From positions 7,626,001 through 7,690,000 of the forward strand of contig JBHGNT010000021.1 in assembly GCA_043228905.1 (NCBI GenBank): a stretch of 64,000 nt of DNA. Direction: 5' to 3'. The stretch is from Azolla caroliniana (Eukaryota > Plantae > Polypodiophyta). Below, in pieces: positions 23,501-36,719 of this stretch. Under the pieces are notes generated by a model. The model made no database searches. It saw only the letters and a list, made by a program, of their open reading frames with translations, and was not told the DNA's origin. Within the stretch, counting starts at the first letter, position 1, and every line of letters starts with the position of its first letter. The position numbers and the translations under genes were made by a program.

Positions 23501-26500
23501 AGTTTGAGATTACGATCGAGCGGGGTTGCCACGGATTTGCACTCAGCCATCCCGAACTTGTATAACAAGTTGAGGATGTAGTGTCGTTGAGAGATCATGA
23601 TTCCGGCCGGAGTCCGAATTACCTCGATGCCGAGGAAGTAGTGGAGCTCCTTCACGTTCGTCATCTCGAACTTGTCGGAAAGGAGGGATTTGACTTTATT
23701 AATTTCGACGAGATGCTCACCTCCAATGACTAGGTCATCCACATATAAAATGATGACGATCAGACTTGCAGAATCGCTTCGTATGTAGAGGGAGGTGTCC
23801 GATTTTGACATACGGAAGCCGATTTGATGAAGATCTTCGAATGCCAAGCACGCGGTGCTTGCTTGAGGCTGAAGAGTGGCTTCTTGAGTCGGCAAACAAC
23901 TTTCGGATGGGTGCTCGAGTTGAAGCTGGGTGGTTGGATCATGTACACCTCCTCTTCTAATTCGCCTTGTAGAAAGGCGTTCTTGACGTCCATTTGATGG
24001 AGGTGCCACCCTTTTGCCACGGCAATCGCAATTACGGTCCACACCGTCGTCATCTTTGCCACCGGGGCAAAGGTCTCTTCGTAGTCGATGCCATGCGTTT
24101 GAGCGTATCCTTTCGCTACGAGTCAAGCTTTGTAGCGGTTTACGGAGCCATCGGCATTATACTTCACCTTGTAGATCCATCTGCATCCAATCGCCTTTTT
24201 GTGTGGTGAGGTGGGAACGAGATCCACGTCTCATTCTTCCGTAGTGCCTGCATCTCCTCGTTCATTGCTTCAATCCATCGTGGGTCCTTCGCGGCTTCCG
24301 AAAAGGTTTCCGGCTCCCGTACTGTCGCTACCTTCATCATAAAGGTGTAATGGTACGCCATATAATCATTGTAGCCGAATCGGCTTACGGGGTTCTTTTC
24401 ACGGGTGGATTGGCAGAGCTTTTCATTTGCAGAGATGAGGGCTTTCTTAGCTCCGATTGGTACCTCGAAATCGCCGAACTCACTATCTGTCAGGAATGCA
24501 CGCTCCCTTTCCACAACACTCAACCACAACCGAGTCTAAAATCGAACACAGAAAATGGATAATGAAACGCACGACACAAAGGAGAGAAGAGTACACATGA
24601 TGTTTAACGTGGAAAACCCTGAGAGGGAAAAACCACGGGAGTCCACAGACTCCAAACTCTCACTATATCACAATGATTACAACAGTGAGCTCACGGAGGC
24701 AATGACCTCGTGCTCACGATCTTTGCCATAGGCGGCGGTTACAAAAGAGGCAACTACCTCTTCCTCTCTCTCTCTCTCTCTGTACACTGTTACGCGCACT
24801 CTAGTCTTGCACCAACAAGAATGACAACAACACCTCTAAGTTTGCCCTAAGTCATATTTATACTAATATGACTTTTCGGCTATTTACAAATATAGCCCTG
24901 ATGGCCTCTCATGAAACATATTTACAAATATGTCCCTTCATCCGGTGAGCACTCCTCACCGGGCCTGCATCATCCGGCTCTTGCCAGACACTTGTCATAC
25001 GGTTCTCACCGGGTCTTCCGTAGTCGGGTACTCTTCATCCGGTTCTCACCTGGTCTTCACCATCCGAATACTTCCCATCCAGAGGGACCTGTCTCCCAAC
25101 AAACTCCCCCTTCATTCTAGCATGGGGTGTCTTACTAGTCCGATCCGCTTCCGACATGCATCCAGCTTGTCGGGTATCAGTACTTTGGTCAACATATTTG
25201 ACCCGTTCTCGGTCGTGTGTATCTTTGTCAACGCGAACTCCTGGTCATCTACTCTTTCCCGGATCCAGTGATACCTTCGCTGGATATGCTTCGTCCGGGA
25301 ATGGTAGGCCGCATTCTTAGCATGGTGGATGGCACTTTGACTGTCGCAATAGAGCCGGTATTCATTTTGTCGGATACCGAGCTCTCTAATGAAATCCTTC
25401 ATCCATAATATTTTCTTGCCGGCTTCCACAGCCGCCATGTACTCCGCCTCCATGGTTGACAACGCAACCGTCTTTTGCAGCCTCAACTGCCACGAAACAA
25501 CTCCCCCTGCATATGTCATTACATACCCGGATGTAGACCGGCTGGTATCCACATCAGCCGATATGTCCGAATCGGTAAAGCCGTCAAGTTGAGGTTTTCC
25601 GGAGCTGAATCAGAGGCACATATTTGAAGTGCCCTTCAAGTACCGGAGTATCCATTTGACCGCGTTCAAGTGCTCCTTGCCGGAATTGCTCATAAACCGG
25701 CTCACCACTCCGACTGCGTATCCTATATCCGGTTGGGTACACACCATTGCGTACATCAAGCTCCCGACGGCAGAGGCATATGGAACCTTCATCATATCAA
25801 CCTTCTCTGCTTTCATCTTCGGGCTTTGCTTACCGGATAACCTGCAGTTTGCCGGAAGTGTCGATCCGACCGGTTTCGCATCTGACATGTTGAACCGCTG
25901 AAGCACCTTTGTCACGTATTTCTCTTGTGACAGCCACAATTGCTTCGTTGGCTGGTTCCGGATGATATGCATCCCCAACATCTGTCTTGCCGGACCCAAG
26001 TCTTTCATCACGAAGCTTCGATTGAGAGCCTTCTTCAGCATCTGTATTCTAGCTTGGTCCCGTCCGACGATCAACATGTTGTCCACATACAGAAGGAGTA
26101 TTAAGAAGTCGCCTCCTTCGAACTTCTTCACAAACACACAGTGATCGGCCTGCGTCTTGTGGTACCCTTGATCGGTCATGAAGGAGTCAAACTTCCGGTA
26201 CCATTGTCGGGGAGCCTGCTTCAGTCCGTACACGCTCTTCTTCAACCGGCATACCAGGTGCTCCTTCCCTTTCTCCACAAATCCTTCCGGTTGCTGCATG
26301 TAGATCTCCTCTTCGAGATCACCGTGAAGGAATGTTGTCTCCACATCCAACTGCTCTACCTCGAGGTCCATGCTTGCTGCTATCCTCAGCACCGTCCGGA
26401 TGGAGGTCATCTTTACTATCGGGGCAAATATCTCGTCGAAGTCCACACCCTTCTTCTGCTGGAACCCCTTCACCACGATCCTGGCTTTGTATCTCGGGGG

Positions 26501-27052
26501 TTGCCGGCATCTCCCGGTTTCAACTTGTACACCCACTTATTTCGGAGTGCCCGCTTTCCTTTCGACAACTCCACCAATTCGTACGTTGTCGCGTTATTAC
26601 GCGCGTGCGTGGAGAAAGGCGGGACCACGGGGGTCTTGGACTAGGGAGTGACGGAGCGTAGGAAGTCGTGCTTCACCGTTTCCGGGGATCCCAGAAGAAC
26701 ACCGGAAGCGACCGAAGGGAGAGAGAGAGAGAGAGAGAGAGAGCGCTTAACACCGACTCACGCACACACACACACATGCCGACCCGACTCACACCCTCAT
26801 GTACAAGAAATGCAGGAAAGGGGAAGCACCCGACACCAACAGAGACGCGAATATACACAGACAGACGCTAATGAATATATATAAATAGAAGAATACATTC
26901 CTGGCTTCGAGCCGGACCAAGGTAGGTTATAGTAGTCGTCAGCTGCCAAGCCGCCGGTTGGGGAGCTCACGGGCTCGTCGCGCCGACCGGGTCCTTGCGC
27001 AGGAGATGAGCTGAAGCAAACCCTACGCCCTTTGCGACCAGACTTCCTTACG

Positions 27053-27521
27053 CCCTTTGCCTTCGTCACCTCGCCGCCACCGTCAGTATCTTGGTCTTAC
27101 GTCGACCGCGTTGCCGACTGCCGAAGTCTCTAGAACCGGTGTGAAGGATCCTCCTTGGACCACCCATCCGTAGCCCCTTTGCCTTCGTCACCTCGCCGCC
27201 ACCATCTGTATCTTGGTCTTACGTTGACCGCGTTGCCGACTGCCGAAGTCTCTAGAACCGGTGTGAAGGATCCTCCTTGGACCGCCCATCCGTAGCCCCT
27301 TTGCCTTCGTCACCTCGCCGCCACCGTCAGTATCTTGGTCTTACGTCGACCGCGTTTCCGACTACCGAAGTCTCTTGAACCGGTGTGAAGGATCCTCCTT
27401 GGACCGCCCATCCGTAGCCCCTTTGCCTTCGTCACCTCGCCGCCACCGTCAGTATCTTGGTCTTACGTCGACCGCGTTGCCGACTGCCGAAGTCTCTAGA
27501 ATAGGTGTGAAGGATCCTCCT
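27053..27521. repeat. 122-bp tandem repeat, about 3.8 copies, inside TG3
   Basis: TTTGCCTTCGTCACC recurs at 27056, 27178, 27300 and 27422. Confidence 0.95.
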
Positions 27522-28161
27522 TAGGCCTCCGATTTGTCTTCCTGACCTTGTCCCGGGTCGTCCTTTTCCGCATGCCGAGAGGGCGGTTTACTCCGCACCC
27601 TCTCCCGTGGTACCAACGTACTGTGTCCTCGGCCTCTTCGTAGGCTAGCTCTCTTCCTCCCTCGCGGAATGGTCATTCGGGAGTTCGCTCCGCCCGGTTC
27701 TCGCTCGGGTCCGTTCGTCATTCTCCGGATTGCCGAGTCCCGTTCTCCTGTCGCCACCGATCTCTCTTATAGGACTCACGCCGGCACTCGGGCCGGCAAC
27801 CGGATCGGTGTAAGGAACTCCATAGGACCGGCTTTCATTCTCTTTCCAACTCTCGACCTTCGCCCGGTCGGTCTTTATCCCCATGTAAAAGAGGGCGGCT
27901 CGTCCCGCACCCCCTTCCGTATCGGCACTTTCATGCCGAATCCGGCCCCGATCGAACGATCCACGATCGGATCATGCTCCACCCGTATCGGAATGACGAT
28001 CTCCTCGTGCCGCGTCCATCCTCGGCCTCCTCACAGGCCGTTTCCCATCCATCTTCGCTAGCATCGTGCCAGGACTCCTCGGTACCGCCATCCATCTCCT
28101 CGGTCTTACATGGGCATACGGGCCCGAATGCCGAGTTCTCCGGAATCGGGTTCGTGGGCTT

Positions 28162-29370
28162 TCATCCGTTCCTTCCCCGTATCATCTCGCCGATGATTCT
28201 TGGCCTTTCGCCACCGCCTTCCTCCGCTTGGGACTCACGTGGGCACTCGGTCCCGACTGCCATCGTCTCGGGAGCAAGTGTGGGAAGACACAAAGAATCG
28301 CCCGTCCGTTTCACGCCCTTGCCCGTAGCCACTGACTCTTCGTGGTCGGCGGTCGTCTTCTTACCAATCGCGCAAGCCCCGTCTAGGCTTGCTTCTCCAA
28401 TGACCGGGATCTCGGGCTGACACGCCCGAAACCGCTGGTCCCAACGTTCCGGTTCCGCGATCTGTATCTCGGCCTCGTCCTTGGCCGTTCTATCTCCCCA
28501 AGTCGAGAGGGCGTTTCGTTCCACACCCTCTCCCGTGGTACCGTGGTACCGATCTTCCGTCGTCGCGTGGGGCAAGTCCGTCTCCTCAGTCTCGGCTTGC
28601 GGCCTCCATCTTTCCTCTTCCTCGAGCATCGCCTCGAGAGCTGCGTATGCCTCCGCAATCCTGGCCCCAACGCCGACCCTTGCCGACTCTCTTTGCCATT
28701 CGGCCTCTTCCCGCTGTGATGGCACGCCGTCGCGTACCTTCCTCTTAGCCTTCTCGGCTCGCTCGTTGTCTAGCTGTTGGCACACCCTTCCGACCTTCGA
28801 CCAGTCCTCCGTAAGCCCATTCGCTCCATCATCGTCTTCGAGCTCAATCCCGATGACCTCCCGTTCCGCTTGGTCGATCGACCTGACGAACAATAGGACC
28901 TTGTCCGCCCCCACCAAACCTTGTTCTCGCTCCGGGAGCCCAGCAAGCCGCCGCTCGAACTCTCGAAATGCCTTGACCACGCCCCGGTGGGTCTTTGCCG
29001 ATGCTACCCACTGGTCGAAGTCGTGTCGTCCCCGGCTCTTCCACCGTCCTCCGTATACCTTCAGGAGCGCCTCTTCGAAGGCCTCCCACGAACTATGAGC
29101 CTCACGGAGCTCCTTTACTTCCGCATGCATCCGGACAGCTACGACCCGATAGAAGAACTCCAGCCTCAACGCCTCGTCTACGCCACGCTCCTCCATTTCC
29201 GCGTTGTAGGCTTCCAAGTAAGATGGGACTTTGTCCCCGTTGAAACGGCCGACTCTTTCGACCACTCGCTCAACCGCTTGTTGCGCTACTTCTCGCCTCA
29301 TCACCACTCGTGCCGACTCCAACACCACTTCGGCCACCATCTCCGCAAGGTCGTCATCTTCTGACTCCAT
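28162..29370 (-). CDS. Gag-like protein of TG3 (402 aa)
   Basis: ATG about 15 nt after the PBS; GRFNGDKVPSYLEAYNAEM, DKVLLFVRSID and GLTEDW motifs; no CCHC knuckle and no pol. Confidence 0.8.
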   Translation of the reverse strand: MESEDDDLAEMVAEVVLESARVVMRREVAQQAVERVVERVGRFNGDKVPSYLEAYNAEMEERGVDEALRLEFFYRVVAVRMHAEVKELREAHSSWEAFEEALLKVYGGRWKSRGRHDFDQWVASAKTHRGVVKAFREFERRLAGLPEREQGLVGADKVLLFVRSIDQAEREVIGIELEDDDGANGLTEDWSKVGRVCQQLDNERAEKAKRKVRDGVPSQREEAEWQRESARVGVGARIAEAYAALEAMLEEEERWRPQAETEETDLPHATTEDRYHGTTGEGVERNALSTWGDRTAKDEAEIQIAEPERWDQRFRACQPEIPVIGEASLDGACAIGKKTTADHEESVATGKGVKRTGDSLCLPTLAPETMAVGTECPRESQAEEGGGERPRIIGEMIRGRNG

Positions 29371-30972
29371 CCTCCCTTGCCGCCTTTCACGTCGGGTTCA
29401 CCAAAGCTGTCGCGTTATTACGCGTGTGCGTGGAGAAAGGCGGGACCACGGGGGTCTTGGACTAGGGAGTGACGGAGCGTAGGAAGTCGTGCTTCACCGT
29501 TTTCGGGGATCCTAGAAGAACACCGGAAGCGATCGAAGGGAGAGAGAGAGAGAGAGAGAGAGCGCTTAACACCGACTCACGCACACACACACACATGCCG
29601 ACCCGACTCACGCCCTCATGTACAGGAAACACAGGAAAGGGGAAGCACCCGACACCAACAAAGACGCGAATATACACATATAGACGCTAATGAATATATA
29701 TAAACAGAAGAATACATTCCCGGCTTTGAGCCGGACCGAGGTAGGTTACAGTAGTCGTCAGTTGCCAAACCGCCGGTCGGGGAGCTCACGGGCTCGTCGC
29801 ACCGAGCAGGGTCTTGCGCAGGAGATGAGCTGAAGCAAACCCTAAGCGAATACGAAGGGGGAGAAGAAGAAGAAGAAGAAGAAGAAGAAGAAACTAACTC
29901 TAAACCTAACGGTATACCCTCTAATGCAAAATGGGCAACCCTTTCACAAAGGGCGTTCCCTTCCTTTTATAGAACAAGGACAGAGATGCGTTACAATGTG
30001 GGATAAACCCCGACTTACATGGGACCATCTGTCCCGACTTGACTACTCTTCGGCACCATAAAGGCGCCCTCGTTATTCACACTAAATGTACATGGGTGCA
30101 TACACATGCTGCACCCTGCCGATGTAGCCAATGTTTCCCGGTTTCCGCCTCTGGCCGAAATTCTTCACGACAACGTATGGTTCTCATACAAGGAATCCAT
30201 CTCATCCTGCATGGCACTTAACCATTTGCGGCTATGGGTGTCACTTTTACCTTCCTCGAAGCTTTTTGGCTCCCCCTCATCGCTCAGCAACACATGCTCT
30301 ACATCCGGAAATCTCCGGGGGGGCCTTCTCTCTCTGAGAGGATATCTCTGTCTTTGGGCTTCGGTAACCGGGCCCTCCATTCGCTCTTCATCCGAATCCG
30401 ATTTGGGGTGTTGGCCGGTTCCGGTTTCAGCTTCCTCTACTTCTTCTTCTGCCGGTTCGGTATCCTCACCGTAACCGGTTGGTTCCTCGAGTGCTAATCG
30501 GTCTCTTGTCGGTTGGGTCAGCTCATTGTAGAATCGATCCTTACCGGTCGACTCGGATTTCATTATCTTCTTCTCCGACTCCCAGTCGGCGAGCGTCCTG
30601 TCCTCCATGAAGATAATATCTAGACTCCGGAATACCTTCTTGTCAACCAAGTCCCACACTCGGTAGCCGAACTCATCGTTGCCATAACCGAGGAATATGC
30701 ATGGCCAGGTCTTCAGATCTAGTTTTTCTCTACGGTCCTTAAATACATGCACATACGCAAGACACCCGAATACCTTCAGATGCCGGTAGGATACTTCTTT
30801 ACCGGTCCATATGCTCTGTGTCGTGTCTCCATCCAAGGGTACTGAGGGTGATCTGTTTATCAGATGTGTCGCCGTCAACAGTGCCTCAGCCCAAAACTTC
30901 TTGGGTAGTTTTGCGTGTGCCAGCATACTCCAGACCCTCTCCATTATGGTCCGGTTCATCCTCTCGGCCCAC

Positions 30973-31291
30973 CCATTTAGTTCCGGCGTCTTCGGCACGG
31001 TAAATTCGAGTCGGATTCCCTTCGAGCGACAGTACTCCTCGAACTGCCCCCGGTATTCACCTCCGTTATTTGCTCGAACCGCCTTTAGCTCGGCCAGCCC
31101 ATTTAGTTCCGGTGTCTTCGGCACGGTAAATTCGAGTCGGATTCCCTTCGAGCGACAATACTCCTCTCGGCTAGCCCATTTAGTTCCGGCGTCTTCGGCA
31201 CAGTAAATTCGAGTCGGATTCCCTTCGAGCGACAGTACTCCTCGAACTGCCCCCGGTATTCACCTCTGTTATCTGCTCGAACCGCCTTCAG
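30973..31291. repeat. Local triplication of an integrase segment in Copia D
   Basis: CCATTTAGTTCCGG(C/T)GTCTTCGGCAC...GAGCGACA occurs three times (~30973, ~31099, ~31176); single in Copia E. Confidence 0.85.
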
Positions 31292-34200
31292 CTTCCGGCC
31301 GATTTCTCTTTCCACTCTTGCGTGGAGCTCTTTGAAGACAGATAACACCTGATCCTTCGTCTTCAACGGTGTGGCCCACAGCTTCCGGCTGTTGTCATCT
31401 ATGAACGTCATGAAGTACTGCGATCCTCCATGTGACTTCGTGTCCCCTTGACACACATCAGTATGCACCAACTCCAGTGGTGCATTACGTCTCATCAGTG
31501 GCCTTGGTCGGAAGGAGGTCTGGTTTTGCTTACCGGCCAGACAATCAGTGCACTTCTCCAAGTGCACGTTCTTCACTTGAATGAGGTTGTCGTCTGCAAG
31601 CCTCTTCATCCCCTTCTCACTCATGTGACACAGCCTTTTGTGCCACATCTCACCGATAGTGTCGGTTGCCACGTTCACTTCCTCCGGACATAACCGGGCA
31701 TTCATCCGGACACAACCGTGATCACCGGTTGAGTAGGATGAGAAGCATTTCCGGTCCGGGGTAAGGTGGAACGATGCTCCAGAGTCGACCACCCAGGTCA
31801 TCTTGTCGTCGGCAAGGTTTATCTCACTCTCCTCGGTGATGAGCATCAACTCTTCTTCACTTGCCGCGATTGCAGTCGTTCCCTTCTGGTCCGTTCCTCT
31901 CCGGTCTTTATCGTTCCGTTCCGGTGTCCGCTTCGAATCGGTACTGTCGGTTTCCTTGTATTTCCGGATATGCCGACAGTTCTTCTGTAAGTGTCCCGGC
32001 TTGCCGCAATAGAAGCAAGTAGGCCTCCCCCTTGACTTTGACCGTGTCCCCGACTTTTCCCGGTTCTAGGGGCTACGGTTCCTTTGTCTTCCGCGTTCCG
32101 ATTCGGTAAGGAGTGTTTTGGAGTCGGAGCTCGTATCCTTATCTTTCCGACGTGCCTCCTCATCTAGCAAGCTCGACTTCACTCTTGCTAGGGATAACCA
32201 TTTCCCTTCCGGCCTGGCATTGCCCAAAGTGACAACCAACGTCTCCCAACTATTTGGGAGGGAACCAAGCAGGAGTAGCGCTAGTACCTCATCGGTGAGA
32301 GGGACTTCCAATGATGTTGCCTGGTGGATCAGCCCCTGGAAGGCATTCATGTGCTCCGCCATGCTGGAGCCATCTTGGTACCGGAGTCTTACTAGCTTCC
32401 GGAATACCGAAACCTGATTAACAATATTTTTGTTTTGAAACATAATGCCGATCTTCTCCCAGAGCTCATGAGCCTTGCTCTCTTCATTGAAGTTGTTTTA
32501 TAGGCTCATGTCGATGAAGCACCGTATGTACGTCGTTGTCTTCATGTGCATCACCTCCCATATCGTGGCATCGATTTTGTTCGATCTCTTGTCCCTGAAC
32601 TGAACTGGCAGCCAAAGGTCTTTAACCACGAGCATGTCCCTCATTTATACTAATATGACTTTTCGGCTATTTACAAATATAGCCCCGATGGCCTCTCAGG
32701 AAACATATTTACGAATATGTCCCTTCATCCGGTGAGCACTCCTCACCGGGCTTGCATCATCCGGCTCTTGTCGGGCACTTGTCATCTAGTTCTCACCAGG
32801 TCTTCCATAGTCGGGTACTCTTCATCCGGTTCTCACCGTGTCTTCACCATTCGGCTCTTGCCAGGTACTTCTCATCCGATTCTCACCGGGTCTTCCGTAG
32901 CTGGGTACTCCTCATCCGGTTCTCGCAGGGTCTTCTGTAGCTGGGTTTGCTCATCAGCGATGTTCTTCTCACTTCCCATCCGGAGGGACCTGTCTCCCAA
33001 TACTATCAAGTGAGTGAGTCGACTCATCGTCATTGAAGCGATTGTCTTCGTATTCCGACATTTTCGCATTGCCTTTGTCCATCTTTAGGCTAGGCCGTGA
33101 TGTGCTTTGATCGCTCAAAGGATCTTGTGGTCGTGATCGGACTTTCTTTGAATATGCGCATAAGGCGATCTTCATCCTCGATCTCTTGTTCGGCGAATTC
33201 CGGGTCGAGCGGTGTCGGAGTTGGAGTTGTCTTTGGTGCATACCAGGATGCAGACTCGTCAAAAACGACATCTCGATTTACTCAAGATTTTCTAGTTGAG
33301 GGGTTGTAGAACTTGTACCCCTTTTGCTCCAATGAGTATCCTACGAGGATACATTTCTCCGACTTCGGGTCAAGCTTTTGACACTTCTCGTTGGGGATGT
33401 GCACGTACACTATCGCGCCGAATATCCGGATGTGCGATAAGTCCGGCTTGTTTCCAAAGTATTTTTCGTGCGGAGTGACCTCGTGCACGCCGGATGTTGT
33501 GCACTGGTTCATTAGGTAGATGGCCGTATTTGCAGCTTCGGCCCAATATGACTTGGGCATATGCTTCTCGTTCATCATGGCCCATGCTACTTTGAGGATG
33601 TGCCGATTTTTGCGCTCGGCTACTCCGTTTTGTTGCGGAGTGTGTCGGCAAGTGAATTCTCGCCGAATTCCTTCCTTTCAGAGATACGCCGTGAAATCGT
33701 CTAAGAAGTACTCCTTGCCGCCATCCGATCGAAGGCATCATACATGTCGGCCCGTGGCTTTCTCGACTTCATTCTTGAAATTTTGGAAGTGTCTGAACAC
33801 TTTGCTCTTTTGCCGCATTGGGTAGATCCAAGTGTGCCTAGAGAAGTCGTCGATGAAGAGCACGTAATATCGGCATCCGCCGAATGTAGCCGTCTGCGCC
33901 GGTCCCCATACGTCGAAGTGGACTACGTCGAGTAAACCTTTGCTCACGTTCCACTCTTTTGGGAATGGGTGTCGGTGTTGCTTGCTGAATTGGCACGCTT
34001 CGCATACACCTTCAATCTCCTTCTCTTTGAATGTCGGGAGTCCGATGACAACTCCTTTTGATTTCATTGCTTTGAGTTTGTTGAGATTGATGTGGCCAAT
34101 TCGCTTGTGCCATAGCTCTATGTCGGAGTCGGCTTTCATGTTTTTCGCGTACATGGCGGATTTCATCTCGCATGAATTGAGAATGAACATCCGACCCTCT

Positions 34201-35130
34201 CTTCGTCCGCGTGCAATGAGTCGGCCCTGTTTTTCGATGAAGCAACCGCCTTGATTAAATCAAACCTGCATCCCTTGCTCTACAATTTGGCCGGCGGAGA
34301 CCAAATTATTCGTAATGGTCGGTACATGCGAGACATTTTTAATGTAATTTTGCTTACCTTCTTTTCCGAACGGAACATTGGCAATGTGCCGAATCGGGTG
34401 CGTAGTGTCGTCTCCGGTTTCAACATAGTCGAGTCGGTCTGGCTCTCGAAGTTCTCGGAACCATTCTTGATGCGATGTCATATGGTTCGAGGCACCGGAA
34501 TCGACGAACCATACATCCTCCGGATTGAGGGCATTAGTTGAGGTAGCGGCCGACATAGAGTTTGCTCTATGTTTCATCATGAACATTCCGCCACGGTCGG
34601 AGTTGTGCGCATACATTCCGCCACGATCTTCTGGCCAAAATCTTTCGTAGATTTTCCCACGCTTCCTTCGGCGTCTCGGCTTCTCGAATGTAACTGAGCA
34701 TGTGGTCGTGAACACATGTCGCCAAACAATACATCACACGGCTTGCGGCTTGCTCCCATGTTGCGTATCTGGGAGCCGCTTCGGCGGGTCGGTCTTCATG
34801 CGCTCCTTTGATGTAGCTCCAATAGCCTTGTCCGACAAGGTATTGGTGCATCTTGTACTCCCAAGATGCGAAGTTGTTTTGATCCAACTTCTTGGTAGGG
34901 AGAGCGCTCCCCATTTGAGTATTCATTATGTCGATTCTTCTTCTTCTTCTTCTCTCTTCGAATGCAAGCTATGTAGTGAAGCTACGATAGCTATGAGCCG
35001 GTTCTTGGTCGTCGGCGTAGAGCGCAACACACGATCACGATGAGGTGAATGGGTTAGATCGAACTACCAAATCGCTCTGATACCATGTAAAGAATCAAGA
35101 GATGGATTCTTGTGAAGCGGAATAGGTGTG

Positions 35131-35209
<79 letters not shown>

Positions 35210-36051
35210 ACACAAAGAATATGCAAGGTAAATGTATATTGACAAAGGAGAAAGACTCAACATTATACAAGGTGGGAGGAGAGTGCTTTATGTAGTCACC
35301 CTCTCTCTTCATTAACTACAAGCCTCATGGAGCATGGGGAATGTGAAAGCTCATAAGTTATGTGTCATAGAATATGATTCTATGACTCATACTAAATGCT
35401 AGAATACAAAGTGGTGACATAATGGTGACTCTTGACCGTTGGAGTGTCTCTTCACTCTCAAGGTGAGTTCACACACTAGACCAAATTGAGCTTGATTCTC
35501 AACACCGGTATAACAGTCCCTAGTCCTTCGTGTCGCTCACATACCGCAATATTCGATGCGTGCACTGAAGGTGCTCCATGGATAGCTTCTACATGAATTG
35601 GCTGATCACACCAACCGGATAACTGATGTCCGGTCTGGTGATTGTCAAGTATATCAGGCATTCGACAATTTATCAGAACCGTTTCTCACTGCAATATAGT
35701 CCGGAGTTGGGATAGAGCTTCTGGTTCCGGTCCAGGGGTGTGGAGACATGTCAGAATTCCGTCATGCCGAACTTGTACAACATATTCAACACATAGTGTC
35801 ATTGTGAGAGCAATATGCCGTCAGGGGTTCGGATCACCTCGATCCCAAGGAAATAATGAAGGTCCCTTAGATCCTTCATCTCAAATGCGTTTGATAGCTG
35901 GGCCTTGACATGGTCGATTTCAAAGAGTCTGGGCCCGATGATGACTAAGTCATCTACATAAAGTAAGATGCAAACCAGACCATCCGGACCTTACCGGATG
36001 AACAACGATGAGTCGGATTTAGAGGTCACAAACCCCATCTTACGCAACCGG

Positions 36052-36719
36052 TGTCGTGGAGAAAACCGTCCCTAGGCGAAATCGGAGAATAATGTGCGCG
36101 AACTGGCCCTTATACGTAGGCACAAGTTTTGTTGTAATATATACATTTAGGTACAAGTCGGCTGATGTGAATATCCTAGGTAGCACGCATTTGTTAGGTA
36201 GAAAATCGAGGCGTATCTCGGTCCAAAAGGACAAAGAATAAAGATGATGTAACGGGTTGCGACGGCCTCCCTCCTTGGGTTATAAAAGAGAGGGAGAGGA
36301 ATCGTAATGGGGATGGCTTTTTCGAAGACAAAGTGTTGTCGGACTGGGACCGAGCTCTTGTTCTCTATCTTTCTTTGTATTTGCTCTGTGCAGGTTTTCG
36401 GGAGGCTGACTCTGCTCCGCGGAACGCCCGAGTGCTTCCGGTCGAGTCTCCATCTCGCGTGTGTGTGCACGTGTGTGTGTGTGCGTGTAGGTGTCAGAGC
36501 TCGTCCCTAAACCCCTTTTATTTGATATATATATATACACATACACACATTCATCTTGTTTCAATCAGTTGCGATTTCTGTGTATTTGTGCGTGTGCGAA
36601 GCACGGCCATCGTTAGCACGGCCATTGTCTTTCTTGCTCCCCTCCCGCTCTCTTGTCCCTCGGACCAAGACCCTCACAGTCCCGCCTCGTTCTACAAGCA
36701 CGCGCGTAATAATGCGACA
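36052..36719 (+). mobile_element. S2: solo LTR of the Trp-primed Gypsy family (resembles the Phy LTR) in Copia B RT
   Basis: TGTCGTGGAGAAAACCGTCC...TAATGCGACA; TSD CCGG/CCAG; blocks shared with the reverse complement of 54484-55131. Confidence 0.88.

Larger units (their letters stand above)
26587..30172 (-). mobile_element. TG3: non-autonomous Gag-only Trp-primed element nested in Copia D
   Basis: 5' LTR 29408-30172; 3' LTR truncated (26587-~27025). TSD ACGT (26583-26586, 30173-30176). PBS 29386-29403. Confidence 0.92.
24488..33002 (-). mobile_element. Ty1/Copia element D (Tnt1/Tork-like) nested in Copia C; 5' LTR partly deleted together with PBS and gag start
   Basis: 3' LTR 24488-25101, 5' LTR remnant ~32641-33002, TSD CTATC, PPT at 25102. 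RT/RH 25112-26582; INT/PR/gag 30177-32640. Same family as Copia E. Confidence 0.92.
22122..35504 (-). mobile_element. Ty1/Copia element C nested in Copia B (same lineage as A and B)
   Basis: LTRs 22122-22506 and 35086-35504, TSD CCGGT, PBS 35074-35085 (TGGTATCAGAGC), PPT at 22507. RT-RH 22759-24480 (LYVDDL); gag-PR-INT 33008-34926. Confidence 0.95.

Noticed and set aside
27053-27521. CRISPR-like array
   Set aside because: Whole units repeat with no unique spacers, the context is eukaryotic, and there are no cas genes.
20586-35504. Orientation bias of nested Copia elements (B, C, D and E all minus)
   Set aside because: Too few events to distinguish from chance.
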